Positions 1 to 11,178 are shown, numbered from the stretch's first letter. The stretch: 32,633 bases of DNA from Bifidobacterium breve (GCA_945870085.1 CAMBQX010000003.1:1-32633); one strand, 5' to 3'. A program made the numbers and translations. Notes: generated from the sequence alone by a model not told the origin.

Positions 1-1292
1 CCGTTGTGACTTGCTCCATCATCGCCGGTCACCCCTGCACGATCAAGTACGAAAGTTACCCCCGCCTTGTGTAAAGCGCAGTCCATCAAAACCTGATCGA
101 AGGCACGGTTTAGGAAAGTCGCATACAGCGCCACCACCGGGTGTAGGCCTCCATATGCGAGCCCAGCCGCGCTGGTGGCGGCATGCTGCTCAGCAATACC
201 AACGTCGTAGATCCGTGTTGGGTAGGCCGCCGCAAATCGGTCAAGGCCCGTCGGGCCAAGCATCGCAGCGGTAATCGCCACCACATCTGGGCGTTCATGG
301 GCGATGCGCACAATCTCGTCACCGAATACGCCGGTCCAGGTGGGACCACCGGCGGTCAGGGGTTCTCCCGTGTCGGGGTCGAATACCCCTACGCCATGGA
401 AGCGATCGACATCATCGCGCTCGGCTGGGCCGTAACCTCGGCCCTTTTGGGTAATCGCATGCACAATGACCGGCCCATCAAAAACTTTCGCCCGCGCAAG
501 GGCGAACTCCATCTCGCCATGATTATGCCCGTCAATTGGACCGATGTACTTAAGACCTAGATCTTCAAACATCCCCTGCGGAGCGATAACGTCCTTGATG
601 CCTTTCTTCATCCCATGCAGAGCGCCAAATATCGAGCCACCGACAACCGGAGTGCGATGCAAAGTGCGCTTGCCCCATGCCATGAATCGCTCGTACCCGC
701 GCGCGGTTCGTAGTGTTGAAAGGTGTTGGGCCAACCCACCAATAGTTGGTGAGTACGAGCGTTCATTGTCGTTGACCACGATGACTACCTGACGCTCCCC
801 GGCCGCGATGTTGTTCAGTGCCTCCCAGGCCATGCCACCGGTGAGTGCGCCGTCGCCGATAACCGCAACCACATGTCGTTGCCCCAGGAGCCCGCGCTGC
901 TGCCAGGCTTTGGCCAACCCATCTGCATAAGACAACACCGTGGAAGCATGTGAATTCTCGATTACGTCATGCCCGCTCTCAGCGCGACTCGGATAACCGG
1001 AGAGCCCACCGCGCTGCCGCAAATGATCGAACCCGGCTGCGCGCCCGGTGAGAATTTTGTGCACATAAGACTGATGACCGGTATCCCACATGATGACGTC
1101 AACGGGTGAGTTGAATACCCGATGCAATGACATCGTTAACTCGACGACACCTAGATTTGGGCCCAGGTGCCCGCCGGTGGCCGAGACTTTCTGGACCAAG
1201 AATGCCCGAATTTCAGCCGCCAACTCGGGAAGTTGCTCAGGGGCAAGGGCCCGAAGGTCTCGGGGATCGTGAACGCCCTGTAGCAGACTCAA
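1..1292 (-). CDS. dxs: 1-deoxy-D-xylulose-5-phosphate synthase (3' end runs off the window)
   Basis: Absent from the ORF track because it has no stop in the window. Manual translation from TTG at 1292 gives [16 protein letters not shown]...[13 protein letters not shown]...[16 protein letters not shown]...[12 protein letters not shown]...[15 protein letters not shown], all DXS motifs. GAGG RBS upstream. Confidence 0.96.
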   Translation of the reverse strand, partial: MSLLQGVHDPRDLRALAPEQLPELAAEIRAFLVQKVSATGGHLGPNLGVVELTMSLHRVFNSPVDVIMWDTGHQSYVHKILTGRAAGFDHLRQRGGLSGYPSRAESGHDVIENSHASTVLSYADGLAKAWQQRGLLGQRHVVAVIGDGALTGGMAWEALNNIAAGERQVVIVVNDNERSYSPTIGGLAQHLSTLRTARGYERFMAWGKRTLHRTPVVGGSIFGALHGMKKGIKDVIAPQGMFEDLGLKYIGPIDGHNHGEMEFALARAKVFDGPVIVHAITQKGRGYGPAERDDVDRFHGVGVFDPDTGEPLTAGGPTWTGVFGDEIVRIAHERPDVVAITAAMLGPTGLDRFAAAYPTRIYDVGIAEQHAATSAAGLAYGGLHPVVALYATFLNRAFDQVLMDCALHKAGVTFVLDRAGVTGDDGASHN

Positions 1293-1338
1293 CTCGGACC
1301 TCAATTCTTAAGCACCTCAGGTGACCGACAACTGCACC

Positions 1339-1344
1339 AGTCTA
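1339..1344 (-). promoter_or_regulatory. candidate -10 (TAGACT) for dxs
   Basis: TANNNT hexamer about 47 nt upstream of the dxs start. Confidence 0.4.
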
Positions 1345-1361
1345 CGTTGCCCGGGAGGTTT

Positions 1362-1745
1362 TCACCCGCGCGCTGCCGGCAAATTCGTGCCCGCCAGGGC
1401 AAGCAGCGCTCCCTCGACCAGGGCTAGCTCTCGCTGCAACTGCAAAAATCGGGCACCCGCCGCCTCAAATCCTTGTTGTGCGGTTGCTACTTCAGCCGCG
1501 GTCAGCAGTGGGCCTAATTCCACCCGCGCCTGTCCGTAAGCCCTCCTAGCGCCATTTAGGCCACCCTCGGCGTAATGGATTAGGTAGCGAACTAAAGCCA
1601 GCGGCAGGGTGCGCAAAACCGATGAGCGAAGGTCTGGGGGGCCCTGGTCGAGTAACCAAGGCACCACTCGCTCCGCGAACTCGCTCGAGCCCGGGGGCGC
1701 CAACTCCCGGGGCCAACCCGGTGGCGTGCGGCCCCGGTCGATCAC
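1362..1745 (-). CDS. hypothetical actinobacterial protein (127 aa)
   Basis: GTG start overlaps the acnA stop (GTGA). Fills the gap between acnA and dxs. PPGWP...WLLD N-terminus followed by a helical region. Confidence 0.7.
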   Translation of the reverse strand: MIDRGRTPPGWPRELAPPGSSEFAERVVPWLLDQGPPDLRSSVLRTLPLALVRYLIHYAEGGLNGARRAYGQARVELGPLLTAAEVATAQQGFEAAGARFLQLQRELALVEGALLALAGTNLPAARG

Positions 1746-4396
1746 AGCAGTGAGCGTAGGACGTACTGCAAAATGCCGCCGTGCCGGTAGTAGTCCGCCT
1801 CACCCGGGGTATCGATTCGAACCGAGGCTGCGAATTCGACCGTGCGTCCATCCGCGGCGACGGCTTCAACTGCGACTTGAGCCGGCGTGCGGCCCGAATT
1901 GAGTTCGGCGATCCCCCTGACGGTGAAAACTTCATCACCCTGCAGACCAAGACTTGAAGCGCTCACCCCGGGGGCATATTGCAATGGCAATACACCCATT
2001 CCGATTAAATTTGATCGATGTATGCGCTCATAGGACTCAGCGATAACAACGCGGACACCCAATAACGCCGTCCCCTTGGCCGCCCAGTCACGGCTCGACC
2101 CTGATCCATATTCCTTACCCGCCAAAATAACCAGCGGGGTTCCATGGCGCTCGTACGCCATCGCGGCGTCATAAATCGGAACGATTTCGTCATCCGCATT
2201 TGTGAAATCAATGGTGAACCCACCCTCAACATCGTGCAATAGCAGGTTCCGCAACCTGATATTTGCAAAGGTGCCGCGAATCATAACCTCGTGGTTTCCG
2301 CGTCGAGATCCATAGGAGTTGAAATCAGGCCGTTGAACGCCATTTTCAGCTAGATAAATACCGGCGGGACTGTCAGGCCTAATTGATCCAGCGGGTGAGA
2401 TGTGATCGGTGGTAACGGAATCCCCAAGTTTTAAGAGAACGCGCGCACCCGTGATATCAACCACCGGGCTTGGCTCCCGTTGCATACCGTCAAAATATGG
2501 AGGCTTGCGCACATAAGTACTTGCTGGATCCCATTGGAAAGTATCACCACTTGGTGTCGCAAGTGAGCGCCAATTCTCGTCGCCGGTGAAAACATTCGAA
2601 TATCGATTTGCAAACATCTGCGCATCGATTGATTCATCCACCACGCGCTGAACCTCGCGGGCACTTGGCCAGATATCGGCAAGGTATACCGGCTCACCAG
2701 CGGGATCGATCCCTAAGGCCTCATTTTGAATGTCAATATCCATGGTGCCAGCGATTGCATAAGCGACCACCAGGGGAGGTGAAGCTAAGTAGTTCATCTT
2801 AACATCGGGACTGATCCGGCCTTCGAAATTGCGGTTGCCGCTGAGCACCGCGGTAACCGCAAGATCATGCTCATTGATTGCAGTGCTGACTTCGGGTATT
2901 AATGGGCCCGAGTTGCCGATACAAGTTGTGCAGCCGTAACCAACCGTTCCGAAGCCCAACTTATCGAGATACGGAGTAAGACCAGCTTTGTCGTAGTAGT
3001 CGGTTACGACCTTAGAGCCAGGTGCCAGTGTGGTTTTAACCCAAGGCTTACTTTGTAACCCGCGTTCAACAGCATTCTTTGCGAGTAACCCAGCCGCGAT
3101 CATTACTGACGGATTCGATGTATTCGTACAGGAAGTTATCGCGGCTATCACCACCGCGCCATGCCCCATAACTACCGAATCCTCGGCCAGGGAGAACTCG
3201 ACCGTAGTGTCAGGGGACTTCGTGTAGTCAGCCAAGGCCGCGCCAAACATTGCTTTAGCGTCGGCGAGAGGAACACGGTCTTGCGGACGCTTTGGCCCCG
3301 CCAAGCTCGGCACCACGGTTGCCAAATCTAATTCAATGTATTCAGAGTAATTTGGCTCACAATTCGGGTCGTGCCACATGCCTTGAGCTTTCGCGTACGC
3401 GGCAACTAGCGCACATTGCTGCTCACTGCGCCCGGTCAGGCGCAGGTACTCCATGGTCATTTCGTCAATCGGGAAGATCGCAACGGTGCTGCCGTACTCG
3501 GGGCTCATATTTCCGATGGTTGCGCGATTCGAAAGCGGGACTGCACCAACTCCTTCGCCAAAGAACTCGACGAACTTGCCGACCACCCCATGCACCCGCA
3601 GCATCTGGGTAATTGTCAAAACTAGATCGGTGGCGGTCGCACCCTGCGGAAGTTCACCCCGCAATTTGAAACCAACGACGCGTGGGATCAACATTGATAC
3701 CGGCTGGCCCAGCATTGCGGCTTCCGCCTCAATGCCACCTACACCCCAACCGAGAACTCCCAGCCCATTGACCATGGTGGTGTGTGAATCCGTGCCGACG
3801 ACGGTATCCGGATACGCCTGGCCGCCGCGGGCCATTACGACATGGGCCAAATACTCAATGTTCACCTGATGAACGATGCCGGTACCCGGTGGCACCACCT
3901 TGAACTCATCAAATGCACTTTGACCCCAACGTAAGAACTGGTACCGCTCGCGATTGCGTTCATATTCAAGTGCAACATTGCGTGACTCGGCGTCTGGAAC
4001 CGCGAAGAAATCAGCAATTACGGAGTGGTCGATTACCATTTCTGCGGGAGCGAGTGGCTCAATTCGTGACGGATCGCCGCCAAGTTCAGCAACCGCCTCG
4101 CGCATTGTTGCAAGATCAACCACCACCGGCACTCCGGTGAAATCTTGCATGATCACGCGTGCCGGCGTGAAAGAGATTTCCTGGTTAGGTTCAGCACTTT
4201 GATCCCATGCACCAAGTGCTCGGATCGTCTCGGCCGTGACATTGGCGCCATCTTCGGTGCGCAGGAGATTCTCGAGGAGGACTTTGTGGGTGTAGGGCAG
4301 TTTCGCAGATCCGGGTACCGCCTCGATGGCAAATATTTCGAATTGCTGCCCGCCCACGGTCAGGACTCGCTTCGCTCCGAAACTGTTTTTACTCAC
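1742..4396 (-). CDS. acnA: aconitate hydratase AcnA
   Basis: [38 protein letters not shown] (Fe-S Cys), [12 protein letters not shown]. Confidence 0.98.
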   Translation of the reverse strand: MSKNSFGAKRVLTVGGQQFEIFAIEAVPGSAKLPYTHKVLLENLLRTEDGANVTAETIRALGAWDQSAEPNQEISFTPARVIMQDFTGVPVVVDLATMREAVAELGGDPSRIEPLAPAEMVIDHSVIADFFAVPDAESRNVALEYERNRERYQFLRWGQSAFDEFKVVPPGTGIVHQVNIEYLAHVVMARGGQAYPDTVVGTDSHTTMVNGLGVLGWGVGGIEAEAAMLGQPVSMLIPRVVGFKLRGELPQGATATDLVLTITQMLRVHGVVGKFVEFFGEGVGAVPLSNRATIGNMSPEYGSTVAIFPIDEMTMEYLRLTGRSEQQCALVAAYAKAQGMWHDPNCEPNYSEYIELDLATVVPSLAGPKRPQDRVPLADAKAMFGAALADYTKSPDTTVEFSLAEDSVVMGHGAVVIAAITSCTNTSNPSVMIAAGLLAKNAVERGLQSKPWVKTTLAPGSKVVTDYYDKAGLTPYLDKLGFGTVGYGCTTCIGNSGPLIPEVSTAINEHDLAVTAVLSGNRNFEGRISPDVKMNYLASPPLVVAYAIAGTMDIDIQNEALGIDPAGEPVYLADIWPSAREVQRVVDESIDAQMFANRYSNVFTGDENWRSLATPSGDTFQWDPASTYVRKPPYFDGMQREPSPVVDITGARVLLKLGDSVTTDHISPAGSIRPDSPAGIYLAENGVQRPDFNSYGSRRGNHEVMIRGTFANIRLRNLLLHDVEGGFTIDFTNADDEIVPIYDAAMAYERHGTPLVILAGKEYGSGSSRDWAAKGTALLGVRVVIAESYERIHRSNLIGMGVLPLQYAPGVSASSLGLQGDEVFTVRGIAELNSGRTPAQVAVEAVAADGRTVEFAASVRIDTPGEADYYRHGGILQYVLRSLL

Positions 4397-4412
4397 TGGG
4401 GCCTCCGAAAGT

Positions 4413-4430
4413 TATCTTGACATCAAGATA
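4413..4430. promoter_or_regulatory. perfect 18-bp palindrome TATCTTGA-CA-TCAAGATA, probable TamR/UrtR-type MarR operator of acnA
   Basis: Exact 8-bp inverted repeat with a 2-nt spacer, 16 nt upstream of the acnA start. Resembles TamR/PecS/HucR-family sites. Confidence 0.75.
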
Positions 4431-5646
4431 TCTGATCGTGACCCGGGATGGGCACCAGGGTGGCCACCACCTCGACGTGGTGCGTCATTGGAAAAGCATC
4501 AAAACCAGTAATTTTGTCCAGCCGGTAACCGAAGGTGTAAAAGATCGCAACATCACGTGCGAGGGCTACTGGATCACAAGCTACATAGACCACCACACGG
4601 GGTTCTTGGGCGGCAATCTGCCGAGCAATGACCCGCCCGACACCGGTGCGTGGTGGGTCAAGGACCACCCCCGATACGAGTCCATGATCGGTAGCTTTCG
4701 CCAACCACCTTGCAACATCGCTTTCCACCAATTTGACCTGGTGATCATGTTGCAGGTTGCGCCGGGCATCGCGGACCGACCGTGCAGACCCTTCAACCGC
4801 CACCACCAAGCCATTTGGCCCAACAGCCGAACTCAGATAACCGCTAAATAGCCCAACACCCGAATAAAGATCCCACCAGGTTTCACCAGGTTGTGGGTTT
4901 CCCAAGTCAAGAACCGCCCGAACTAACGCCTCCGCGGCGCCAACATGACCCTGCCAAAAGCTTTCGATATCGATATTCCAATTGCGGCCGAGTACTTCTT
5001 GATTTACTCGGCGACTACTTGTTGATCCGGATGCGGCATTCGAGATGACAAGCTCGCCATCTGAGCCCTGCGCCGAACGCACTTCCAAAACTCCAGGGTA
5101 TGTGCTTTCCGGGACTGCTCCTTGGCCTTGAGTGGCAATCAGGCAGGTATTGACGGGCAGAATCTCGCTACTGCGAAAACGGTGGAAACCGAGGTGGCCC
5201 GAACTATCAACACTCCAGCGCACTCGCGTGCGCCACGAAAGTCCACTTTGATCCCCCGGCACCGACTCGACAACAACTTCTACCTCATTAAGGCCCGCAT
5301 GCCGGCGAAATGCATCTTTCACCACCTGCTGCTTAAATGCGCGTTGCCGCGCAAGAGCAATATGTTGGAAATCGCATCCGCCGCAGGCTCCCGGCCCGGT
5401 AAATTCACACGGTGCTGTCACCCGGTCGGGGCTCTTAACCAAAATCTTGATAGCGTCGGCTCGTACCATCTTGGATCGGACTTCGGTAATTTTAATCCTT
5501 ACAGATTCACCGGTAATTGCATGCCGGACAAATATTGTGCGGCCCTGCGCATGTGCAATGAAGTGTCCGCCGTGTGCGATCTGCCCAATAGTTACTTCGA
5601 GTACATCACCGACCGCAAGCGGCACCTCGCTTGACTTACTCGTCAC
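4423..5646 (-). CDS. TRAM-domain class I SAM-dependent RNA (m5U) methyltransferase, RlmD/TrmA family
   Basis: N-terminal TRAM domain, C...CGGC Fe-S motif, DLYSGVGLF, LDPPRTG, YVACDPVALARD, FPMTHHVE. Confidence 0.93.
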   Translation of the reverse strand: MTSKSSEVPLAVGDVLEVTIGQIAHGGHFIAHAQGRTIFVRHAITGESVRIKITEVRSKMVRADAIKILVKSPDRVTAPCEFTGPGACGGCDFQHIALARQRAFKQQVVKDAFRRHAGLNEVEVVVESVPGDQSGLSWRTRVRWSVDSSGHLGFHRFRSSEILPVNTCLIATQGQGAVPESTYPGVLEVRSAQGSDGELVISNAASGSTSSRRVNQEVLGRNWNIDIESFWQGHVGAAEALVRAVLDLGNPQPGETWWDLYSGVGLFSGYLSSAVGPNGLVVAVEGSARSVRDARRNLQHDHQVKLVESDVARWLAKATDHGLVSGVVLDPPRTGVGRVIARQIAAQEPRVVVYVACDPVALARDVAIFYTFGYRLDKITGFDAFPMTHHVEVVATLVPIPGHDQIS

Positions 5647-7573
5647 GGTTCAGTACACGCTCACTTGACTCAAGTTGCCAAGGCACACTCGTCATCATCA
5701 CACCGGGCATGAAAAGTAACCGGCTCTTCAAACGTAATGCTGACTGATTATGCAGAATCTGCTCCCACCAATGCCCGACAACATATTCAGGCACATAGAC
5801 GGTGACAACGTCATTTGGATTGTCGGAACGCAATCGGCGCACGTACTCGATGATTGGACGGGTAATTTCGCGGTAGGGGGAATCCAAAACCTTTAGCGTC
5901 ACCGGTATTGCGCGCCGCTCCCATTCCACTTCTAGGGAGCGAGTCTCGTCCGGGTCGACATTGACCGTAATAGCCTCAAGTACCGAAGGTCGAGTGGCCC
6001 GGGCATAGGCCAAGGCCCGCAATGTCGGCTTATGAATTTTTGACACCAACACCAGTGCATGCACGCGCGTTGGCAACATGATTTTGTCCTCATCGGTAGT
6101 TACTAGCTCCACCGCCACGCGGTCGTAGTGTTTACGGATCGCTCGCATCAAGAGAAAAATAAGTGGCATCGCGACAACCACGATCCATGCGCCCTTGGTG
6201 AATTTTGTTGCAAGCACGATCACCAGGACCGATCCAGTCATGAGGAAACCCACGGAGTTAATAGCTCGCGACCTGAACATTTTACGCCGCTCAGCCGGAA
6301 CTGTCTCGGCTCGCAAGTGCCGGTTCCAATGCTTGATCATGCCGAGCTGACTCAAAGTGAAGGAAACAAATACGCCGATGATGTAGAGCTGAATTAGGTT
6401 TGTGACATTTGCCTGATAGATCACAACTAGTACGACGGCCAAGCCGGCGAGCATCAAAATGCCATTGCTAAAGGCCAACCGGTCCCCACGTGTGTGCAAC
6501 TGGCGCGGCAAATAACCATCCCGCGCGAGAATCGAACCGAGCACCGGGAATCCGTTGAAGGCCGTGTTGGCTGCGAGTGCCAAAATGAGTGCGGTCGATA
6601 GTGAAATCACCAAAACCGCAATTTCGAAGTTTCCAAAAACCGCACTCGCAACTTGGACGATCACCGTTTTCTGGGATTGCCCATCTGGTAGCCCAATCAG
6701 ATCTCTATCAAACTCGGTGACCTGGACGCGAGTTTTAATTGCAAGCCAAGTTATACCCGCGAACATAGTTGTTGCGATTAACCCGAGCATCAACAAAGTC
6801 GTTGCGGCGTTCTTGGATTTTGGCTTACGAAAAGATGGCACACCATTCGCGACAGCTTCAATACCAGTGAGTGCGGTCGTACCTGAAGAAAATGATCGTG
6901 CCACTAAGAAGATTAAGGCGGCACCGGCGAAACTTGCCTCGGGTACCACCTCCCAGTTAGCGCTCTCGGCCTCCAAATTGGCCCCGGTAGCCATCTTGAA
7001 AATTGCTACACCAATCATGGTAAAAATTGATGCTATGAAAAAATAAGTTGGGATCGCAAAAAGCGACCCGGATTCACGAATGCCACGCAGGTTTAGCAGA
7101 GTGATGACCACAATTGATCCAACCGCCCACAAAACACTATGTTCTGCAATTGCTGGGATAACGGACCCGAGGTTTGCTATCGCTGATGAGATAGATACCG
7201 CAACCGTAAGAACATAATCAATCAATAGCGCACTACCGACGAAAATGCCCCAGTTCTGACCCAGGTTCGTTGCAACGACCTCGTAATCGCCGCCACCACT
7301 TGGGTACGCGTGCACATTTTGGCGATATGAAGCCACCACGGTGAAATAAACAAGAACAACAGCTGCGGCTATCCATCCGCCGAAGGCATAAAAGGAAGCA
7401 CCACCCAATGACAGAACTAATAGGATTTCTTGGGTGGCATAAGCGTTGGATGAAAGCGCGTCACTCGCGAAAACCGGCAGGGCGATTCTCTTTGGGAGTA
7501 GGGAGTCGCTGAGACGATCACTGCGCAGCGCCCGTCCAAAAAACAGGCGCTTGAGACCATCAGAGATAGGCAC
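5636..7573 (-). CDS. kimA: APC-family transporter, KimA-like K+ uptake symporter
   Basis: ASDALSSNAYA, YPSGGGDY, ALTGIEAVANG, about 12 TM helices, cytoplasmic C-terminal domain (LDSPYRE, LHNQSALRLK). Divergent from two trkA genes. Confidence 0.85.
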   Translation of the reverse strand: MPISDGLKRLFFGRALRSDRLSDSLLPKRIALPVFASDALSSNAYATQEILLVLSLGGASFYAFGGWIAAAVVLVYFTVVASYRQNVHAYPSGGGDYEVVATNLGQNWGIFVGSALLIDYVLTVAVSISSAIANLGSVIPAIAEHSVLWAVGSIVVITLLNLRGIRESGSLFAIPTYFFIASIFTMIGVAIFKMATGANLEAESANWEVVPEASFAGAALIFLVARSFSSGTTALTGIEAVANGVPSFRKPKSKNAATTLLMLGLIATTMFAGITWLAIKTRVQVTEFDRDLIGLPDGQSQKTVIVQVASAVFGNFEIAVLVISLSTALILALAANTAFNGFPVLGSILARDGYLPRQLHTRGDRLAFSNGILMLAGLAVVLVVIYQANVTNLIQLYIIGVFVSFTLSQLGMIKHWNRHLRAETVPAERRKMFRSRAINSVGFLMTGSVLVIVLATKFTKGAWIVVVAMPLIFLLMRAIRKHYDRVAVELVTTDEDKIMLPTRVHALVLVSKIHKPTLRALAYARATRPSVLEAITVNVDPDETRSLEVEWERRAIPVTLKVLDSPYREITRPIIEYVRRLRSDNPNDVVTVYVPEYVVGHWWEQILHNQSALRLKSRLLFMPGVMMTSVPWQLESSERVLNRDE

Positions 7574-7642
7574 GAGCCATCATGTTACGCCCATCGATCC
7601 CGACAACTGTGATGGTGGTGGAACCGGGTGTGGTCAGGCGTG

Positions 7643-7648
7643 TACGGT
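7643..7648 (+). promoter_or_regulatory. -10 TACGGT, leaderless trkA promoter
   Basis: 7 nt before GTG 7656, no SD. Confidence 0.55.
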
Positions 7649-7655
7649 TTGGGAC

Positions 7656-8321
7656 GTGCACGTAGTAATCATGGGATGTGGCCGCGTAGGTGCTTTACTC
7701 GCTGGACGCCTCGGCGACCTCGGCCACAGCGTTGCCGTGATTGACCAAGTTGCAACGGCTTTTGGGCGGCTCCCCGATGATTTCGCTGGGATCACAGTCA
7801 CCGGCATTGGATTTGATCGTGAAACTTTAGAGAGTGCCGGTATCACCCGCGCCGGGGCATTCGCCGCCGTAAGCAGTGGCGATAACAGCAATATTCTTGC
7901 GGCTCGGGTAGCCCGCGAAACTTTCAGCGTTGAACGCGTGGTCGCTCGGATTTATGACCCGCGCCGCGCTGAGGTGTATCAACGACTCGGGATACCGACG
8001 GTTGGGACCGTGGCATGGACAAGCGGACAAATCCTTCGAGGGATCTTGCCCATGGGCGCACATGAGGAATATCGCGACCCGAGCGGGGCAATGGCGCTGG
8101 CTGAAGTTCACGTCGGTAATGGTTGGGTTGGGCACCGCGCGGATTCACTCGAGGAAGCATCCGGGGCCCGCGTGGGTTTCATCACACGCTTCGGTGCCGC
8201 GATAATTCCGAAACCGGAGACGGTGGTTCAAGATGGTGACATCGTCCACGCTGTGTATCTGGTCGCTGACCGCGACCGTGTCGAAAATATCTTTGAGACT
8301 GGCCCGGAGGGCGCTTCATGA
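7656..8321 (+). CDS. trkA: TrkA-family RCK K+ transport regulator (CeoB-like)
   Basis: MHVVIMGCGRVG Rossmann motif, SGDNSNI, RCK_C domain. Start moved from 7446 to GTG 7656, which removes the overlap with kimA. Confidence 0.92.
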   Translation: MHVVIMGCGRVGALLAGRLGDLGHSVAVIDQVATAFGRLPDDFAGITVTGIGFDRETLESAGITRAGAFAAVSSGDNSNILAARVARETFSVERVVARIYDPRRAEVYQRLGIPTVGTVAWTSGQILRGILPMGAHEEYRDPSGAMALAEVHVGNGWVGHRADSLEEASGARVGFITRFGAAIIPKPETVVQDGDIVHAVYLVADRDRVENIFETGPEGAS

Positions 8322-8980
8322 AAATCGCAGTTGCCGGAGCTGGCAAAGTCGGTAGATCCATTGCCAAGGAGCTTTTAGGCCGAGGACATACGGTGCTGCT
8401 CATCGACCGTGACCCAACTGCCGTGCGCCCGGGATCTGTTGATGGCGCCGACTTTCTCATCGCTGACGCTTGCGAAATATCTTCACTTGACCATGCCAAG
8501 CTATCTGAATGTCAGGTTGTTGTCGCCGCTACCGGTGATGACAAAGTGAATCTGGTTGTTTCGCTTCTAGCCAAGACTGAATACGGCGTTCCGCGAGTCA
8601 TAGCCCGCGTGAATCACCCAAAGAATGAATGGATGTTCGACGATTCATGGGGCGTTGATGTTGCCGTCTCGACGCCGCGAATGCTGGTGGCTTTGGTCGA
8701 CGAAGCCGTTAGTGTTGGTGACCTTGTGCGTCTGTTTAGCTTCAGACAAGGTAATGCGGATCTTGTCGAGCTCACTTTGTCAGCAGATTCACCGGTGGTC
8801 GGAAAACGCGTTGGGGATCAGGCTTGGCCGCCCGACACCGCACTTGTTGCGATAGTGCGCGGTTCACGTGTATTTGCGCCATCCGCCGATGATCCACTGG
8901 ACGCCGGCGACGAGTTGTTATTCGTCACCGCACCTGATCAAGAACCTGCACTGCAAAACATGCTCAGCACTGCCCATTAG
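8318..8980 (+). CDS. trkA: TrkA-family RCK K+ transport regulator (CeoC-like)
   Basis: GAGKVG, ATGDDKVNL, RCK_C domain, ATGA coupling to the previous gene. Confidence 0.93.
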   Translation: MKIAVAGAGKVGRSIAKELLGRGHTVLLIDRDPTAVRPGSVDGADFLIADACEISSLDHAKLSECQVVVAATGDDKVNLVVSLLAKTEYGVPRVIARVNHPKNEWMFDDSWGVDVAVSTPRMLVALVDEAVSVGDLVRLFSFRQGNADLVELTLSADSPVVGKRVGDQAWPPDTALVAIVRGSRVFAPSADDPLDAGDELLFVTAPDQEPALQNMLSTAH

Positions 8981-8992
8981 GCCTACAGGTAG

Positions 8993-9679
8993 TTACTTAC
9001 TCTTAGCGGCCCGCTTTTCGGTCCAAATAGGTCCCAGTAGCCGATAGGTGAAGTAAGCCGCTGCAATGTAAAGCGGAATCCCCATCAAGATTTTGACCAC
9101 TCCGAGCGCCCCGACCGCTCCAAGCAGGTAGAGCGGTACTTGCACCACAAGACGCCCGAAAAACAGCGCCACCCAAATCCACGATGCGGCAGCGTATATG
9201 CGACGAAGTGGTTTATCTTGCCGCCAAGTGGTGCCATCGCCGGTAAAATATCCTAGGATCACCCCGAGCAGAGGCCAGCCAATGATTATTGAAACGAGAA
9301 ACGCCAACCCGTATGCCAAATTTTGTAAGAACCCGGGGAGAAAATAAGCCTCGGGACGCCCGGTCCACTTGGCCACCAGTGCGGAGACAAGGACCCCGGC
9401 GAACCCTGCCAAGACTTGTTGAAGTGGTTCGCGGCGCAACAGGCGCCAGATCATGATCAACAACCCGGCGGCAACTGCTGCCCCTACGGACCAGACCAGA
9501 TTTTGCCCGGTCACCAAATACGCGACAACAAATACCGCGGTCGGAACCCCGGAGTCGATGATCCCACGCCACCCACCGATGGCCCGCTCCAGCAGTACCG
9601 TCTCGGCCCGCACATCGGCCATTTTCTCAGGCGCACCCAGATTAGAGTCGGGTGTATTCGATTCCGATGGCTCGCTCAC
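8993..9679 (-). CDS. DUF3159-like membrane protein
   Basis: GGWRGIIDSGVP, YFLPG, WPLLG, RLVVQVPLY, multiple TM helices, conserved position after trkA. Confidence 0.85.
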   Translation of the reverse strand: MSEPSESNTPDSNLGAPEKMADVRAETVLLERAIGGWRGIIDSGVPTAVFVVAYLVTGQNLVWSVGAAVAAGLLIMIWRLLRREPLQQVLAGFAGVLVSALVAKWTGRPEAYFLPGFLQNLAYGLAFLVSIIIGWPLLGVILGYFTGDGTTWRQDKPLRRIYAAASWIWVALFFGRLVVQVPLYLLGAVGALGVVKILMGIPLYIAAAYFTYRLLGPIWTEKRAAKSK

Positions 9680-9681
9680 GA

Positions 9682-10047
9682 TTAAACCGCCATCGGGAGG
9701 AGCTCATACCTGGGGTTGTACACAACACGGGCATCGGGTGCGCAGATCAATCGGCCTGAAATAATCATGCGGCGCCCGGTGGCGATGCCGGAGATGCGGC
9801 GGCGCCCGAGCCAAATCACCGTGAGGTACCCGGAGCCGTCAAAGAGCTCTATTTCTAAAGCGGGGGTGAGCTGCGTTGGCCGCAAAGTCACCGCCCGGAC
9901 CGTGCCGGCAACGCAGACTAGGGACCCGTGGTTGCACTCGCGAATTGGAACCACCCCAACCTCGCGCATCTCATCTTGAAGCTCGGCTGCTTCGACATCG
10001 GTCTGACTTCGAGTCCAACGCCGCCACCGCTTGGCCAGTGCAATCAC
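9682..10047 (-). CDS. OB-fold nucleic-acid-binding protein
   Basis: LFDGSG...WLGRRRISGI...YNPRYEL. TAATCT-N6-GTG leaderless start. Confidence 0.85.
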   Translation of the reverse strand: MIALAKRWRRWTRSQTDVEAAELQDEMREVGVVPIRECNHGSLVCVAGTVRAVTLRPTQLTPALEIELFDGSGYLTVIWLGRRRISGIATGRRMIISGRLICAPDARVVYNPRYELLPMAV

Positions 10048-10093
10048 CTGAACAGATTAACCCCACAGCAAACTTGGGTTGGCACCTGCCGCG

Positions 10094-10717
10094 CTAACGG
10101 GTCTCGGTTAACTCCGGCCCGCGGATAAATGGGGCAAGAATCGGACGGCCATCGGGCAGCACCGCCGGGGCCGAATGGGATGCGGGCGAATTGGGCAATT
10201 TCATCGGGATAGGTGCACCAACCGGCATGGCATCACCGCCGCGCACCACGACTAAGTCTCGGACTAGAGCTTCAAGAATGGCTGCTTCCGGGCCGGGCTT
10301 GACCGCCGCCCCTAGGAACACCGCTCGCAAGAACCAGCGGGTGCCATCGACCCCGGCAAACCGAGCGGGCTGCATCTTGCCGTCATCACCGGTTACCTGG
10401 GCCTGTAATTCAACACCAAAAGTGCCGTTCACCTCTTCAACCAATCCGCCGCCCTTGGTGATCGAACTCTTGATTTGACCTCGCACGTCCTGCCACATAC
10501 CACCAGATTTGGGGGCGGCATATGGCTGGACCTGGACTGCTGCACCAGGTTGCGCAAATGTCAATTGCGTGACGGCGCCGGTGGCCTCATCTGCTTGAAC
10601 TTGCACATCAACACCCGGGGTGGCCCTGACTAGTAAGCCGCCCAGATCAAGTCTTTCGACACCGTCCGAAAAATCGATCTCCGCTTCATCCCATGGGCCA
10701 AACTCGCGCGTACTCAT
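10094..10717 (-). CDS. DUF3710-like protein
   Basis: GPWD...[30 protein letters not shown], coupled to dut. Confidence 0.87.
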   Translation of the reverse strand: MSTREFGPWDEAEIDFSDGVERLDLGGLLVRATPGVDVQVQADEATGAVTQLTFAQPGAAVQVQPYAAPKSGGMWQDVRGQIKSSITKGGGLVEEVNGTFGVELQAQVTGDDGKMQPARFAGVDGTRWFLRAVFLGAAVKPGPEAAILEALVRDLVVVRGGDAMPVGAPIPMKLPNSPASHSAPAVLPDGRPILAPFIRGPELTETR

Positions 10718-11178
10718 AACGACACCGTACCCGTGTGGCCCCCGGTTGATCCAAATCCACCCGACCCCCGGTGGCTGCCTGGTAATTCGGCTACTTCATC
10801 AACGAGCGCATATGCGACCTGTTGTACGACCAATTGGGCAATGCGGTCACCTCGAGCCACCTCGATGGCGTTAGCGCTGTCGTGGTTGATCAAAATAACA
10901 CCGATCTCACCGCGATACCCAGCGTCGATTACGCCAGGGGCGTTTACCACTCCTAACCCGGCCCGAAGCGCCAGGCCGCTACGCGCGTGCACGAACGCAG
11001 CAAACCCCGGGGGCAACGCGATCGACACTCCGGTTGGCACCAAAGCTCGTTCACCCGGATCAAGACGTACCGCTGTTCGCGCGCGAAGGTCTAAACCTGC
11101 ATCGCCGGGGTGCTCATATGCGGGTAATGGTAGATCTGGGTCAAGCCGGGTGATTAGTAAACGAACGTCATGGCTCAT
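10714..11178 (-). CDS. dut: dUTP diphosphatase
   Basis: [37 protein letters not shown]. Confidence 0.97.
   Translation of the reverse strand: MSHDVRLLITRLDPDLPLPAYEHPGDAGLDLRARTAVRLDPGERALVPTGVSIALPPGFAAFVHARSGLALRAGLGVVNAPGVIDAGYRGEIGVILINHDSANAIEVARGDRIAQLVVQQVAYALVDEVAELPGSHRGSGGFGSTGGHTGTVSL

Noticed and set aside
11-1324. Several + strand ORFs of 60-125 aa
   Set aside because: They are antisense shadows of dxs, which the track missed because its stop lies outside the window.
7446-7655. N-terminal extensions in the ORF track (also 11687, 12973, 19022, 20881, 28121, 28211)
   Set aside because: They overlap neighbouring genes or promoters, and downstream starts fit the family N-termini and the -10/RBS signals better.
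7574-7655. c-di-AMP (ydaO) riboswitch before kimA
   Set aside because: The spacer is only 82 bp and appears to be occupied by two promoters.
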